In this document: positions 1 through 8,271 of the stretch, piece by piece
Position numbering within the stretch: the stretch's first letter is position 1
Layout: each line of letters opens with the position of its first letter
From: a virus
Lineage: Duplodnaviria > Caudoviricetes
DNA length: 30,355 bases
Virus record (IMG/VR): IMGVR_UViG_3300008255_000347
Span: 1 to 30,355 of that record
Direction: 5' to 3' (one strand)
Notes under the pieces: generated by a model
Databases searched by the model: none
Seen by the model: the letters and a program-made list of their open reading frames with translations, nothing else
Told to the model about the DNA's origin: nothing
Translations under genes and position numbers: made by a program

Positions 1-1
1 C

Positions 2-250
2 ATGGAGAACGCCTGCAACGGCACGGAGAAATCTCCGGGCAGCAACATCAACCACTATGTGTGGGCGCTCGGCCGGGCGGGCTATGTCCGCGAGCTCAGC
101 ACCCGCGCGCCTGGCACCGCCGTCGAGAGCAATGGTTACAAGCAGTTCCTGCTGCTGAAGAAGACAGGGATGCTTGCGCCGGTCGAGCGCCGCGACGCGG
201 TATTCGATCCGAACACGGGCGAGGAATTCGCGTTCGGGGGTGCGGCATGA
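2..250 (+). CDS. Mu-like prophage early protein, probably 5'-truncated by the window edge
   Basis: Y-x-x-AL-x-x-AGY...TG-x-x-AP...VFDPN pattern typical of the gene following MuB in such prophages; stop overlaps next ATG (ATGA 247-250). Confidence 0.7.
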   Translation: MENACNGTEKSPGSNINHYVWALGRAGYVRELSTRAPGTAVESNGYKQFLLLKKTGMLAPVERRDAVFDPNTGEEFAFGGAA

Positions 251-618
251 GCAACCCGCATCGCGAACGCGCTGTCGAGGCATGGGGCGAGCCGCTGGAA
301 GACTGGCTGCAGGTTCTGGTCGAGGAATGCGCCAAGACGAGCCAGAACGCCGTCTCCCGCAAGCTGCAGGTGTCGTCGACGGTTGTGAGCCGTGTCATCG
401 GCAACAGCTATGGGGGCGACACGGGCAAGCTCGCCGAGCGCGTGCGCGGCACATTCATGGCGCAGACCGTCGAATGTCCGGTGCTCGGCGAGATCCGGTG
501 CAATCGCTGCATCGGCGAGCAAGGCAAGAAGCTCACCTTCGAAAACCCGCTTCGTCAGCGCATCTACCACGCCTGCCGTGGCGGCTGCCCGCACTCGAGA
601 CTGGGAGACGGCAAATGA
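247..618 (+). CDS. XRE-like HTH transcriptional regulator with C-terminal Cys cluster
   Basis: SQNAVSRKLQVSSTVVSRVI HTH; ECPVLGEI...C..C...ACRGGCPH; ATGA coupling at both ends. Confidence 0.8.
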   Translation: MSNPHRERAVEAWGEPLEDWLQVLVEECAKTSQNAVSRKLQVSSTVVSRVIGNSYGGDTGKLAERVRGTFMAQTVECPVLGEIRCNRCIGEQGKKLTFENPLRQRIYHACRGGCPHSRLGDGK

Positions 619-878
619 TTTCAACGGACCTTCGAAACCTCACCGCTTCGATGCGCGCATTCGGCGACAAGCCGATCACGCCCGCGACGATGCGGATTTT
701 CCTCGGCCGCCTGGACGAGATCGTCCGGGAGGTCGAGCGGTTCGAGCGCATGCCCGTGCCGAAGTCTTTCCGGCTCACCGATCAACGCGAAGACGAGGAG
801 GTGGTGTTCATCCGCGCCCATACGCGGACGAAGCCGCGCCTCGTCTGCAGCAACAACAGCGGAGGCGATGAGGCATGA
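615..878 (+). CDS. hypothetical phage protein
   Basis: ATG 615 after GGAG, ATGA overlaps at both ends (MISTDLRNL...GGDEA). Confidence 0.7.
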   Translation: MISTDLRNLTASMRAFGDKPITPATMRIFLGRLDEIVREVERFERMPVPKSFRLTDQREDEEVVFIRAHTRTKPRLVCSNNSGGDEA

Positions 879-1216
879 GCACCGCCCAGGTAAAGCCCAC
901 CGAACTCGCCGATGACGGCAAGCCCAAGATCGATGTCATCGAGCTGGCCACCAAGCTGGTCATGCCGCTGTCGGGCATGCGCGCGGCGACGATGGTTTCC
1001 ACGCGCGAAATCCGCGCGATGGCCGAAGCGATCATGGGCTTCAACCAGCTCGGCGTCGACACGGCCGGCCTCATCTACCTCATCAACCGGCTTGGCGACG
1101 CGGGACCCGAGGAGAGGCGCGCTCTCGCCGCCTGCGCCGAAGTGCAGGCAGCCAAGGTCGAACAGCAGCTCACGGCTTTCAACTACATGGAGATTTACGG
1201 TGACCCGCATCCCTGA
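875..1216 (+). CDS. hypothetical phage protein
   Basis: 113 aa ORF, GAGG RBS, ATGA coupling, GC3-biased codons. Confidence 0.75.
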   Translation: MSTAQVKPTELADDGKPKIDVIELATKLVMPLSGMRAATMVSTREIRAMAEAIMGFNQLGVDTAGLIYLINRLGDAGPEERRALAACAEVQAAKVEQQLTAFNYMEIYGDPHP

Positions 1217-1430
1217 TCTCGCATTCCGCATTTCTGCCGCGATACGCGGCTTTGCCCTCGCAACCGGACAAGCGGTGACGTGCTGGCGCGCCACGCGTCA
1301 TGCCAATGCCCTCGCTCGACGGAACCGCCGCCTGCGGCGGCAAGAGGCGCAAAGGCGCCGCCAGTTCCATGGCGTGCTCATCAGCTCGTCGGTCGGCATC
1401 TCAACCAGCAAGGCAGGAAGGAAGAACTGA
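1200..1430 (+). CDS. small basic hypothetical protein
   Basis: GTG 1200 preceded by GGAG; stop overlaps the next ATG (TGATG); fills the operon gap. Confidence 0.55.
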   Translation: MTRIPDLAFRISAAIRGFALATGQAVTCWRATRHANALARRNRRLRRQEAQRRRQFHGVLISSSVGISTSKAGRKN

Positions 1431-2122
1431 TGAACACGGAGAAACTGGTCGCGGAGCTCGCAGCCGAGCAGAGCGGCGTCACCCTCGTGAATGGGGAACC
1501 GCATATGCGCGACACCCAAGGCCGCCTGGTCTCGCTCGGCGCTGTCGGGCCGGTGAAGCAGCTCGAAGATCACCTCGTGCGGAAGATCGTCATGCACGGC
1601 GTCGCGCTTCACGAGCAGATCGGGCGGTTCAAGGGGCATTGCATCGACGATATCGGGGCCTTTGTCGAACTCCTGAGGCAGGAATACGGCGTCCAGCGGA
1701 TGAAGAAGGATTCGAAGGGCAACATGACCTTTACGAGCTTCGACGGCTGCATTCGCGTGAAGGTGTCGGTCGCAGACCGCATCACCTTCGGACCCGAGCT
1801 GCAGATCGCGAAGGAATTGATCGACGAGTGCATCGTCGAATGGGCGGCCGGTGTTCGCTCCGAAATCCGCGATCTCATCTACCGCGCCTTCGAGCCCGAC
1901 AAGGAAGGCAAGATCAACCAGGGCGCGCTGTTCAGCCTGCGCTCGCTGAAGATCGACGACGAGCGCTGGGTGCGCGCGATGGCGGCGATCAGCGATGCGA
2001 TCCGCGTCATCGGCTCGAAGGAGTACATCAACATCCATGTGCGCGCGACGCCGCGCGACAAGTGGACACACCTTCCGATCAATATCGCGGCGGTCGATGC
2101 GCCCGAGAAGGCGGAGGGCTGA
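1430..2122 (+). CDS. DUF3164 family protein (Mu-like prophage early gene)
   Basis: MRDTQGRLV...KGNMTFTSFDG...DRITFGPELQIAKELIDEC...DERWVRAMAAISDAIRVIGSKEY motifs; AAGGAAG RBS. Confidence 0.9.
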   Translation: MNTEKLVAELAAEQSGVTLVNGEPHMRDTQGRLVSLGAVGPVKQLEDHLVRKIVMHGVALHEQIGRFKGHCIDDIGAFVELLRQEYGVQRMKKDSKGNMTFTSFDGCIRVKVSVADRITFGPELQIAKELIDECIVEWAAGVRSEIRDLIYRAFEPDKEGKINQGALFSLRSLKIDDERWVRAMAAISDAIRVIGSKEYINIHVRATPRDKWTHLPINIAAVDAPEKAEG

Positions 2123-2125
2123 CGG

Positions 2126-2329
2126 ATGGCAAACGGACCTAGGAGCATCGAGCAGAGGCTGCTGGAGGCGGATGCGATGGCAGAAGACCTGGCGCACCGG
2201 CTGCATGAAGCCCAAGGCGTTGTTGCAGACCTCCTTCGCATGACAAAGGGGCTGATCCTCGTCGTCGTCGCCGAAACCGGAGCGCTGTTCTTGCTCACCC
2301 TCTATCTCAATCTCGGAGCGCAGCAATGA
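2126..2329 (+). CDS. small protein, N-terminal coiled coil and C-terminal hydrophobic segment
   Basis: GGAGG RBS, 67 aa, hydrophobic LILVVVAETGALFLLTLYL. Confidence 0.65.
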   Translation: MANGPRSIEQRLLEADAMAEDLAHRLHEAQGVVADLLRMTKGLILVVVAETGALFLLTLYLNLGAQQ

Positions 2330-2538
2330 GCAGAAAGAAAGCGGACAAGGTTTTCGTCATCAGGGACGAGATGCAGAGGGCAGCCGCGTATGTCATCGCG
2401 CGGTCTGGCAAAGGCGCGCTGACGACCGCGAAGGGCTTGATGCCGAGCGGACTGCCGAGAGGCGCGGTCGCCTATGAAGCCGGACCGGACAAGACGCCGC
2501 TCGCCATCAACTACAAGCCGAAAAAGGGAGCCGCTTGA
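2326..2538 (+). CDS. hypothetical phage protein
   Basis: GGAG RBS, ATGA overlap, 70 aa basic protein. Confidence 0.65.
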   Translation: MSRKKADKVFVIRDEMQRAAAYVIARSGKGALTTAKGLMPSGLPRGAVAYEAGPDKTPLAINYKPKKGAA

Positions 2539-2849
2539 TGGCGCATCGCCAGGACAATATCGCGGGCGCGCAGCTTCGCTCCTTCTTCGAGCGCATCGAG
2601 CGGCTCAACGAGGAGATCGACGCGCTGAACAACGACAAGTCGGAAGTCTATGCCGAAGCGAAGGCGACCGGCTTCGACGTGAAGGTCATGCGGATCGTGC
2701 TCCAGCGCCGCAAGATGGACAGCGCTGAAGTCATGGAGCGCGACACGCTCATCGACCTCTACGAGAGCGTGCTTAAGGGCACGGGAAAGAAGGCTGGCAC
2801 GAAAAGTGCTACGCGTGCGCGTGCACGAGAGGAGGACGAGGATGCTTAG
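2538..2849 (+). CDS. gapR: GapR-like (DUF2312/UPF0335) nucleoid-associated DNA-binding protein
   Basis: QLRSFFERIERLNEEIDAL..DKSEVYAEAKATGFDVKVMRIVLQRRKMD...LIDLY is the DUF2312 signature. Confidence 0.92.
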   Translation: MAHRQDNIAGAQLRSFFERIERLNEEIDALNNDKSEVYAEAKATGFDVKVMRIVLQRRKMDSAEVMERDTLIDLYESVLKGTGKKAGTKSATRARAREEDEDA

Positions 2850-3486
2850 GGTCCTTCTCCTCGCCTTGCTGCTGCCGGCCTGCACAGCCGCGCGTTCGGA
2901 ACCGCAGGTCTTCATGGAGACCTATCAGCAGGTCACCGCGCCTTTCGGCTATGTCGGCTTCTGTGTCCGCAACCCGGATGAATGCGAAGGCGGCACGGAT
3001 GCGCCTCAGGCCGCCGTCATGACGCCGGAGAAGTGGGCCGAGCTCGCACGCGTCAACGACTACGTCAACAGCGCCGTCCCCCAGGTGAGCGACGTGGCGC
3101 TCTATGACCGGTACGAGTGGTGGGCCTATCCCGACACGCGGGGCGGCGACTGCGAAGACCTCGCCATGATGAAGCGCAAGCTCCTGATCGAGCGCGGCTG
3201 GGCAGCAGAGAACCTCCTCATCTCCGTGGTGCGCGAATGGAATGGCGACGGCCACGCTGTCCTGCTGGTCACGACCGACCGCGGTGAATTCGTGCTCGAC
3301 AACAAGAACTGGGAGATCGTCGCCTGGACCGACGCCCCCTATCAATGGATCAAGCGTCAGTCGCGCGAACGGCCCTTCATCTGGGTCAATCTCGACCGCC
3401 GGACGATGCGTACCGCGCAGATCGATTATCCGCCCCTTGGTGAGCCGGTGCCTTTTCTCGCCGCGATTGCGAAGGGAAGGAAGTGA
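2842..3486 (+). CDS. exported transglutaminase-like cysteine protease (BTLCP / peptidase C93, LapG-like)
   Basis: N-terminal signal peptide (MLRVLLLALLLPAC); PFGYVGFC..NPDEC; catalytic GDCEDLA, GHAVL, VLDN; GGAGG RBS. Confidence 0.92.
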   Translation: MLRVLLLALLLPACTAARSEPQVFMETYQQVTAPFGYVGFCVRNPDECEGGTDAPQAAVMTPEKWAELARVNDYVNSAVPQVSDVALYDRYEWWAYPDTRGGDCEDLAMMKRKLLIERGWAAENLLISVVREWNGDGHAVLLVTTDRGEFVLDNKNWEIVAWTDAPYQWIKRQSRERPFIWVNLDRRTMRTAQIDYPPLGEPVPFLAAIAKGRK

Positions 3487-3884
3487 TGACCGTCTCGCTG
3501 CCCTCCCTCCGCAAGCTGGAACTCGCCGCGTTTGTCCTCGAACGGGGAGAGGCGGACGCCGATTTCCAGAGGATGACGGCGCGGGCGATCCGGCGCGCGG
3601 TGCGGGAGGCGCGCGAGACCGAATTGCCGGGCGGGCTGACCGAGCGCCAGCTCGCCGCACTCACATTCATCGACGGCTATATCCGCACGCGGGCCATCGC
3701 GCCGACCTTCGCCGAAATCTGCGAGGCCCTCGGCCTCAAGAGCAAGTCGGGCGCGCACCGGCTCCTCCAGGGTTTGCAGGAGCGCGGCTGGATCGAGCAG
3801 ATGCCCGGCCGCGCGCGCGCCATGCGCGTCCTGGTCTCGCCACCCAAAGCAAAGCCCGAGGGAGAAGCCGATGCCGCCGCTTGA
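3486..3884 (+). CDS. LexA N-terminal DNA-binding-domain protein lacking the S24 peptidase domain
   Basis: LTERQ..LTFI...APTFAEICEALGLKSKSGAHRLLQGLQERGWI..MPGRARAM matches the alphaproteobacterial LexA wHTH; ORF ends ~18 aa later. Confidence 0.88.
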   Translation: MTVSLPSLRKLELAAFVLERGEADADFQRMTARAIRRAVREARETELPGGLTERQLAALTFIDGYIRTRAIAPTFAEICEALGLKSKSGAHRLLQGLQERGWIEQMPGRARAMRVLVSPPKAKPEGEADAAA

Positions 3885-4251
3885 CGAAGCGCTGAACAAC
3901 TTGCTTTGGGCAACCGCGCCGCTGCGCGGGGTGCTGAAGGGCGAAGCCCGCGCCGCCTTCATCGACGCCTGGGCGCAAGGATCGAAGGCGCTTTGCAGGG
4001 GCGTCTTCACCGCCGGTGAAGAGGAGCTGAAAAGCCCCCGCAAGGCGGCCGAGGAACTGTTCCGGCACACGCTCGACGCCTGCGCCGCTCTCGGCGTCAA
4101 GCCGCATGACCTCGTGCCGATGTTCAACGACCGCGCGGATGGCGGCTTCACGACGCCGAAGCAGCCGCTCGACGCGCTGACGCTGCTCGGCCGCTCGGCC
4201 GCGCGCACGGCGCGTCTCACACTCGAAGCGAAGAAGGAAGATGCGGCATGA
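3871..4251 (+). CDS. hypothetical phage protein
   Basis: GGAG RBS, overlapping coupling, 126 aa. Confidence 0.7.
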   Translation: MPPLDEALNNLLWATAPLRGVLKGEARAAFIDAWAQGSKALCRGVFTAGEEELKSPRKAAEELFRHTLDACAALGVKPHDLVPMFNDRADGGFTTPKQPLDALTLLGRSAARTARLTLEAKKEDAA

Positions 4252-4541
4252 GCGACATGGCGACCGACGTATTTGTTTGTGTTGAGTGCAGACAAACAAT
4301 CGAGCGGATCATCCCCCGCGACCGCGGCGAACCCGCGATCTGCGCGACATGTCTCACGCTTCCGGGGTGGCAAACTGATCCCGAGGTCGCGCGGCTTCTC
4401 GGCGGCCCGGATTTCGTTTCCCGGAAATGCCGCGTGTGCGGCTGCACCGACACGCAAGCCTGCATGACGGAGGACGGGCCCTGTTTCTGGCTCGAAGAGG
4501 ATCTCTGCTCCACTCACATCGACGAGGAGGACGGGGAATGA
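4248..4541 (+). CDS. Cys-rich zinc-finger protein
   Basis: CVEC, CATC, CRVCGCT...AC...CFW...DLCSTH motifs; ATGA overlaps. Confidence 0.75.
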   Translation: MSDMATDVFVCVECRQTIERIIPRDRGEPAICATCLTLPGWQTDPEVARLLGGPDFVSRKCRVCGCTDTQACMTEDGPCFWLEEDLCSTHIDEEDGE

Positions 4542-5071
4542 AAAAGATCAACGATCGCTTCGAAGGCAAGGTTGCGCCTTGGCTGCTGGAAACCTTCGGC
4601 CACGAGATCATGATGAACTGCACCGAACGCAACCATCGCTTTCTCGAAGAGGCGCTCGAACTGGTTCAGGCGTGCGGTTGCACGGCGAGCGAAGCACACC
4701 AGCTCGTTGGCTATGTCTTCGCCCGGCCCGTTGGCGATCCGGAACAGGAATGCGGCGGGGTCATGGTAACGCTCGCCGCGCTCTGCATCGCGCAAGGGCT
4801 CGTCATGGAGGAGTGCGGCGAGAAGGAGCTGGCGCGCGTCTGGACGAAGGTCGAGCAGATACGGGCGAAACAGGCAGCGAAGCCAAAGCATTCGCCGCTG
4901 CCAATCGCCGAGGAAAGTAGGGAATTTCCCGACGAGCTCATCCGCAAGCTCCTGCTGATGTCGTTTGCCGCGAGGCTCGACGACAGGGAGGACGAGGCGG
5001 ACACGTTGAAGGAGGCCGCCGAGACGATCGGGCGGCTTGCGGGAGGTGGCGATGGCACAACCGGCAACTGA
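4538..5071 (+). CDS. MazG-like all-alpha NTP pyrophosphatase-fold phage protein
   Basis: ERNHRFLEEALELVQ...QECGGVMVTLAALC resembles the EExxE...E MazG metal-binding helices (last Asp replaced); GAGGAGG RBS. Confidence 0.6.
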   Translation: MKKINDRFEGKVAPWLLETFGHEIMMNCTERNHRFLEEALELVQACGCTASEAHQLVGYVFARPVGDPEQECGGVMVTLAALCIAQGLVMEECGEKELARVWTKVEQIRAKQAAKPKHSPLPIAEESREFPDELIRKLLLMSFAARLDDREDEADTLKEAAETIGRLAGGGDGTTGN

Positions 5072-5714
5072 CTACCGCAAGCGCGTCATCCAGCTCATCC
5101 ATGTCGCGAAGAATGAACGCGGCCTGGACGACGAGACTTATCGCGGCTTGCTGGAGCGCGAGACTGGCAAGAATAGCTGCTCCAAGATGAACGGCACCGA
5201 ACTCGACAAGGTGCTCGGCGCGCTGAAGCGCGAAGGCTTCAAGGTGAGGCGCGTCCGCAAGCCCGTCGAGCGCGTCATCGGCCGGAAGGGCCCCGCGCCC
5301 GTGCGCGAGGGACAGAAGGCGCTCATCACCGCGCTCTGGATTTCGCTCTGGCAGCTCGGCGCGGTTCGCGACAACCGGGACAGCGCGATCGACGGTTTCG
5401 TGAAGCGGCAGACGGGCGTCGAGCATCTGCAATGGCTCGGGCCGCAACAGGGCCACCGCGTCATCGAGGCGCTGAAGGACTGGTGCGCGCGTGAGGGCTT
5501 CCAGGTCCCGGAGGTCGAGAGCGACGGCGGGCTCGCCGCCAAGCGCGCGCTCTGCCGCGCCATCGGCGCCAAGCTCGACCGGCTCGGCCTGCTCGATGCG
5601 AGCGACCGGCTCGCGCTCGTCTCCTCCTCGCGGATGACGGCTGAACGCGCGCAGGCGCTGGCCGACAAATGGGGCTTCAAGCTGCGCGCCGGCGCGGGCG
5701 GGGAGGCATCGTGA
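5052..5714 (+). CDS. gemA: Mu gp16 / GemA family protein (DUF1018)
   Basis: IQLIHVAK..RGLDDETYR..L...TGKNSCSKM...LDKVL..LK..GF; ITALWISL...DGFVKRQTGVEHLQWL...VIEALKDW; GGAGG RBS. Confidence 0.93.
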   Translation: MAQPATDYRKRVIQLIHVAKNERGLDDETYRGLLERETGKNSCSKMNGTELDKVLGALKREGFKVRRVRKPVERVIGRKGPAPVREGQKALITALWISLWQLGAVRDNRDSAIDGFVKRQTGVEHLQWLGPQQGHRVIEALKDWCAREGFQVPEVESDGGLAAKRALCRAIGAKLDRLGLLDASDRLALVSSSRMTAERAQALADKWGFKLRAGAGGEAS

Positions 5715-6010
5715 CAACCGAGGCACGCGACATCGATCATCGCCTGAATTGCCGCGCCCACTTCGCGCGACGTGTCGCCGAACGCGCCGTCCCCCTCAGT
5801 GCTGGCGACATCGCCCGCCTCGAACGGCGCATCGAGAGGATGCGGCCTGCTTTCGAGCGCAAGGGCGTCAACCGGTACAGGCTCACCATTATCGCGCGCG
5901 GCCGCTTCCTGCGCGTTGTCTACGACACGGAACTCCATTGCCTCGTCACTTGCCTGGACACAGTGCCTTTTTTCGCTCGACCGCGCGTCTATCGGGAGGT
6001 CCGGCCATGA
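5711..6010 (+). CDS. hypothetical basic protein (HFARRVAER motif)
   Basis: GTG 5711 after GGAGG, GTGA/ATGA overlaps. Confidence 0.7.
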   Translation: MTTEARDIDHRLNCRAHFARRVAERAVPLSAGDIARLERRIERMRPAFERKGVNRYRLTIIARGRFLRVVYDTELHCLVTCLDTVPFFARPRVYREVRP

Positions 6011-6468
6011 AGAAGGCCGTCTCCAGCCTCATCAACGATGCCGAGCTGCCCGTCAAGGAAACGAGGGAATTTGTTTCCTCGACGCGTGTCACCCGGCAAG
6101 CCTTCATCACGACCGTTCGAGACCTTGCCGATACTCGGGCGGAGGTGAGGACGCTGTTTCCGACAGGGCCGGACACTCTGGAGCCGAACGCGCGTTACAT
6201 CATCCGCTCCTATCTCGAGATGATGCTTCGCGGGGCTGGCGCGCTGGCGGTGGCGCTGCGATGCGAGGAAGCCCACGCGGTTCTCGCCGCGGCGGACACC
6301 ATCGTCGAGCTTTCGCGCTCGGAAGACCTGCGAGACGAGATGGCACAAGCCTTCAACGACTACGAGCGCATGATCGCCCGGATGCGGCGGGAGCTCGATG
6401 GTGTAAGGCCAGAGGAACTCCGCGCGCTTCGGAAGTATCTAGACGCACTGGAGGACAAGGGAGCATGA
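6007..6468 (+). CDS. hypothetical helical phage protein
   Basis: ATG 6007 after GGAGG, ATGA overlaps both ends. Confidence 0.7.
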   Translation: MKKAVSSLINDAELPVKETREFVSSTRVTRQAFITTVRDLADTRAEVRTLFPTGPDTLEPNARYIIRSYLEMMLRGAGALAVALRCEEAHAVLAAADTIVELSRSEDLRDEMAQAFNDYERMIARMRRELDGVRPEELRALRKYLDALEDKGA

Positions 6469-6653
6469 GGCAGAAATTCTCTCTCCGGATGCTGGTCGAG
6501 GAAGTCGAGTATGAGATCGGCCAGCGCCGTTCCGTCTATGAGCGCATCGCCAAGACGCAGCCGCGCCGCAAATCCGAACTCGATTATCACATGAGCCGCA
6601 TGGAAGCGGTCCGCGACTTTCTCGTCGAATGTTTGAGGGCAGAGAACGGATGA
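6465..6653 (+). CDS. small conserved-type phage protein (EVEYEIGQRRSVY motif)
   Basis: ATG 6465, ATGA overlaps both ends. Confidence 0.7.
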   Translation: MRQKFSLRMLVEEVEYEIGQRRSVYERIAKTQPRRKSELDYHMSRMEAVRDFLVECLRAENG

Positions 6654-7033
6654 CCGAGCCGCTGCCCGATCTCCTTTCGCGCATTGCGGCGGCGGCCGGC
6701 GAAGACGCCGCGCTGCTTGTCGCGAAGGCATTCGGCGGCCGGCCCTTCTACCTGCCCGGCGCCGACGAGATCACGCCCGAGCACAGGCTGGCCGAAGTTG
6801 TCGGCGTGGAACGCGCGCGCGCCATCTGCAGCGAGATCGGCCGGGGTGAAGTCACATTCCCGCGCGGGCCGTTTTCCTCGGTGGCGGAAGCACGCCGCCG
6901 CGTCAGCGAAATGCTGGAGCAGCGCCGGCCGAAAGCCTCGATCGCGCTGGAGCTGAATTTGCACATCAGGACCGTCGAGAAGATCGCGGCCAGGCTGCAA
7001 AAGAAGAACCGCCGGCAAGGCTCGCTGTTCTAG
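6650..7033 (+). CDS. Mor/C family late transcription activator
   Basis: IAAAAGEDAALLVAKAFGGRPFYLP N-terminal motif, C-terminal HTH (KASIALELNLHIRTVEKI), QGSLF end; last early gene before lysis as in Mu. Confidence 0.85.
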   Translation: MTEPLPDLLSRIAAAAGEDAALLVAKAFGGRPFYLPGADEITPEHRLAEVVGVERARAICSEIGRGEVTFPRGPFSSVAEARRRVSEMLEQRRPKASIALELNLHIRTVEKIAARLQKKNRRQGSLF

Positions 7034-7058
7034 TGACCCCGGCGATTGCCGGGGTGCC
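7034..7058 (+). promoter_or_regulatory. palindromic operator upstream of the lysis operon (putative Mor/C binding site, copy 1)
   Basis: TG-ACCCCGGC-GATT-GCCGGGGT-GCC; near-identical copy at 14355-14379. Confidence 0.7.
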
Positions 7059-7141
7059 TGATTTTCGGGATTGGCTACAGGGTGAGGGCAGAGAGTGCGG
7101 CATGCGAGCCGCGTTGCCAAGAGCCCCGAAGAGAGCGCCGC

Positions 7142-7723
7142 ATGCCCCCGGAATTCAATCCCTCGGACGATCGTCTTTTTTCCGCCGCGCTGGCCGTCGT
7201 GCTGCGCCACGAGGGCGGGTTTGTCGACGATCCGGACGATCCGGGCGGCGCGACGAAGTTCGGCATCTCGCTGCGCTGGCTCCGGGAAGCCGGTGAACTC
7301 GACCTCGACGGCGACGGTCTCCCCGATGGCGACATCGATCTCGACGGCCATATCGATCTCAACGACATTGCCGGGCTGACCCAGGAGAACGCCGCCTGGT
7401 TCTACAAGGCACATTGGTGGGACTACCACCGCTATGGCGATTTTCCCCTGCTGGTCTCGACCAAACTCCTCGACCTCGCCGTCAATATGGGCGCGCGGCA
7501 GGCGCACAAATGCGCGCAACGCGCCGCCCGCGCCTGCGGCTCCGCGCTTGCCGATGACGGGCTTCTCGGTCCGCTCAGCCGCGCCGCGCTCATCGAGACG
7601 GACGCGAAGCAGTTGCGGGTGGCGATGCGTTCGGAAGCGGCGGGCTTCTATCGCGGCCTCGCCGCTGCACGTCCCACCTCCGTGAAATATCTCAATGGCT
7701 GGCTCAACCGGGCCTACGCATAG
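7142..7723 (+). CDS. endolysin, glycoside hydrolase family 108 with C-terminal PG-binding domain
   Basis: HEGGFVDDPDDPGGATKFGIS catalytic motif; DLAVNMG; KYLNGWLNR C-terminus. Confidence 0.95.
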   Translation: MPPEFNPSDDRLFSAALAVVLRHEGGFVDDPDDPGGATKFGISLRWLREAGELDLDGDGLPDGDIDLDGHIDLNDIAGLTQENAAWFYKAHWWDYHRYGDFPLLVSTKLLDLAVNMGARQAHKCAQRAARACGSALADDGLLGPLSRAALIETDAKQLRVAMRSEAAGFYRGLAAARPTSVKYLNGWLNRAYA

Positions 7724-7731
7724 GGGGGCAG

Positions 7732-8271
7732 ATGTCCGACTTCTGGGGGAAGGCGAAAGATATCCTTGGCGTCGTCGCGCCGACGATCGGTACGGCGCTG
7801 GGCGGTCCGCTTGGCGGCCTCGCGGCGCGCACGCTTGCGGGCGTGCTGCTCGGCGACGAAGCGGCAAGCGAGAGCGCGATTGCCGCGGCTGTCGCCAACG
7901 CCTCGCCGGATCAGTTGCTCGCGCTGAAGAAGGCCGATCACGAGTTCCAGACAAGGCTGAAGGAACTCGATGTGGATATGGAGCGCATCGCGGCAGGCGA
8001 CCGCGACAGCGCCCGCAAGCGCCAGATCGAGATGAAGGACCGGATGCCCGGCATTCTGGCCGCGATGGTGTTCACGGGCTTCTTCGGCATTCTCTGCTCG
8101 CTGATGTTCGTCGCGGTGCCCGAGGCCGCGAAGGACCCGCTCAACATCATGCTCGGCGCGCTCGGCACGCTGGTGGTGCAGATCGCCAACTACTATTTCG
8201 GCTCTTCGAACGGTTCCGCGCAGAAGCAGAAGATGCTCGACCGCGTGATCGGGGAAGGTCAGGGCCGATGA
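7732..8271 (+). CDS. putative holin / lysis membrane protein
   Basis: Follows the endolysin; APTIGTALGGPLGG N-terminus, DRDSARKR, two TM helices, YYFGSS motif. Confidence 0.7.
   Translation: MSDFWGKAKDILGVVAPTIGTALGGPLGGLAARTLAGVLLGDEAASESAIAAAVANASPDQLLALKKADHEFQTRLKELDVDMERIAAGDRDSARKRQIEMKDRMPGILAAMVFTGFFGILCSLMFVAVPEAAKDPLNIMLGALGTLVVQIANYYFGSSNGSAQKQKMLDRVIGEGQGR

Noticed and set aside
2-4251. Several early proteins end in Ala-Ala (possible ClpXP degrons)
   Set aside because: Mostly explained by the overlapping RBS/GCATGA coupling sequence of the next gene; cannot be separated from chance
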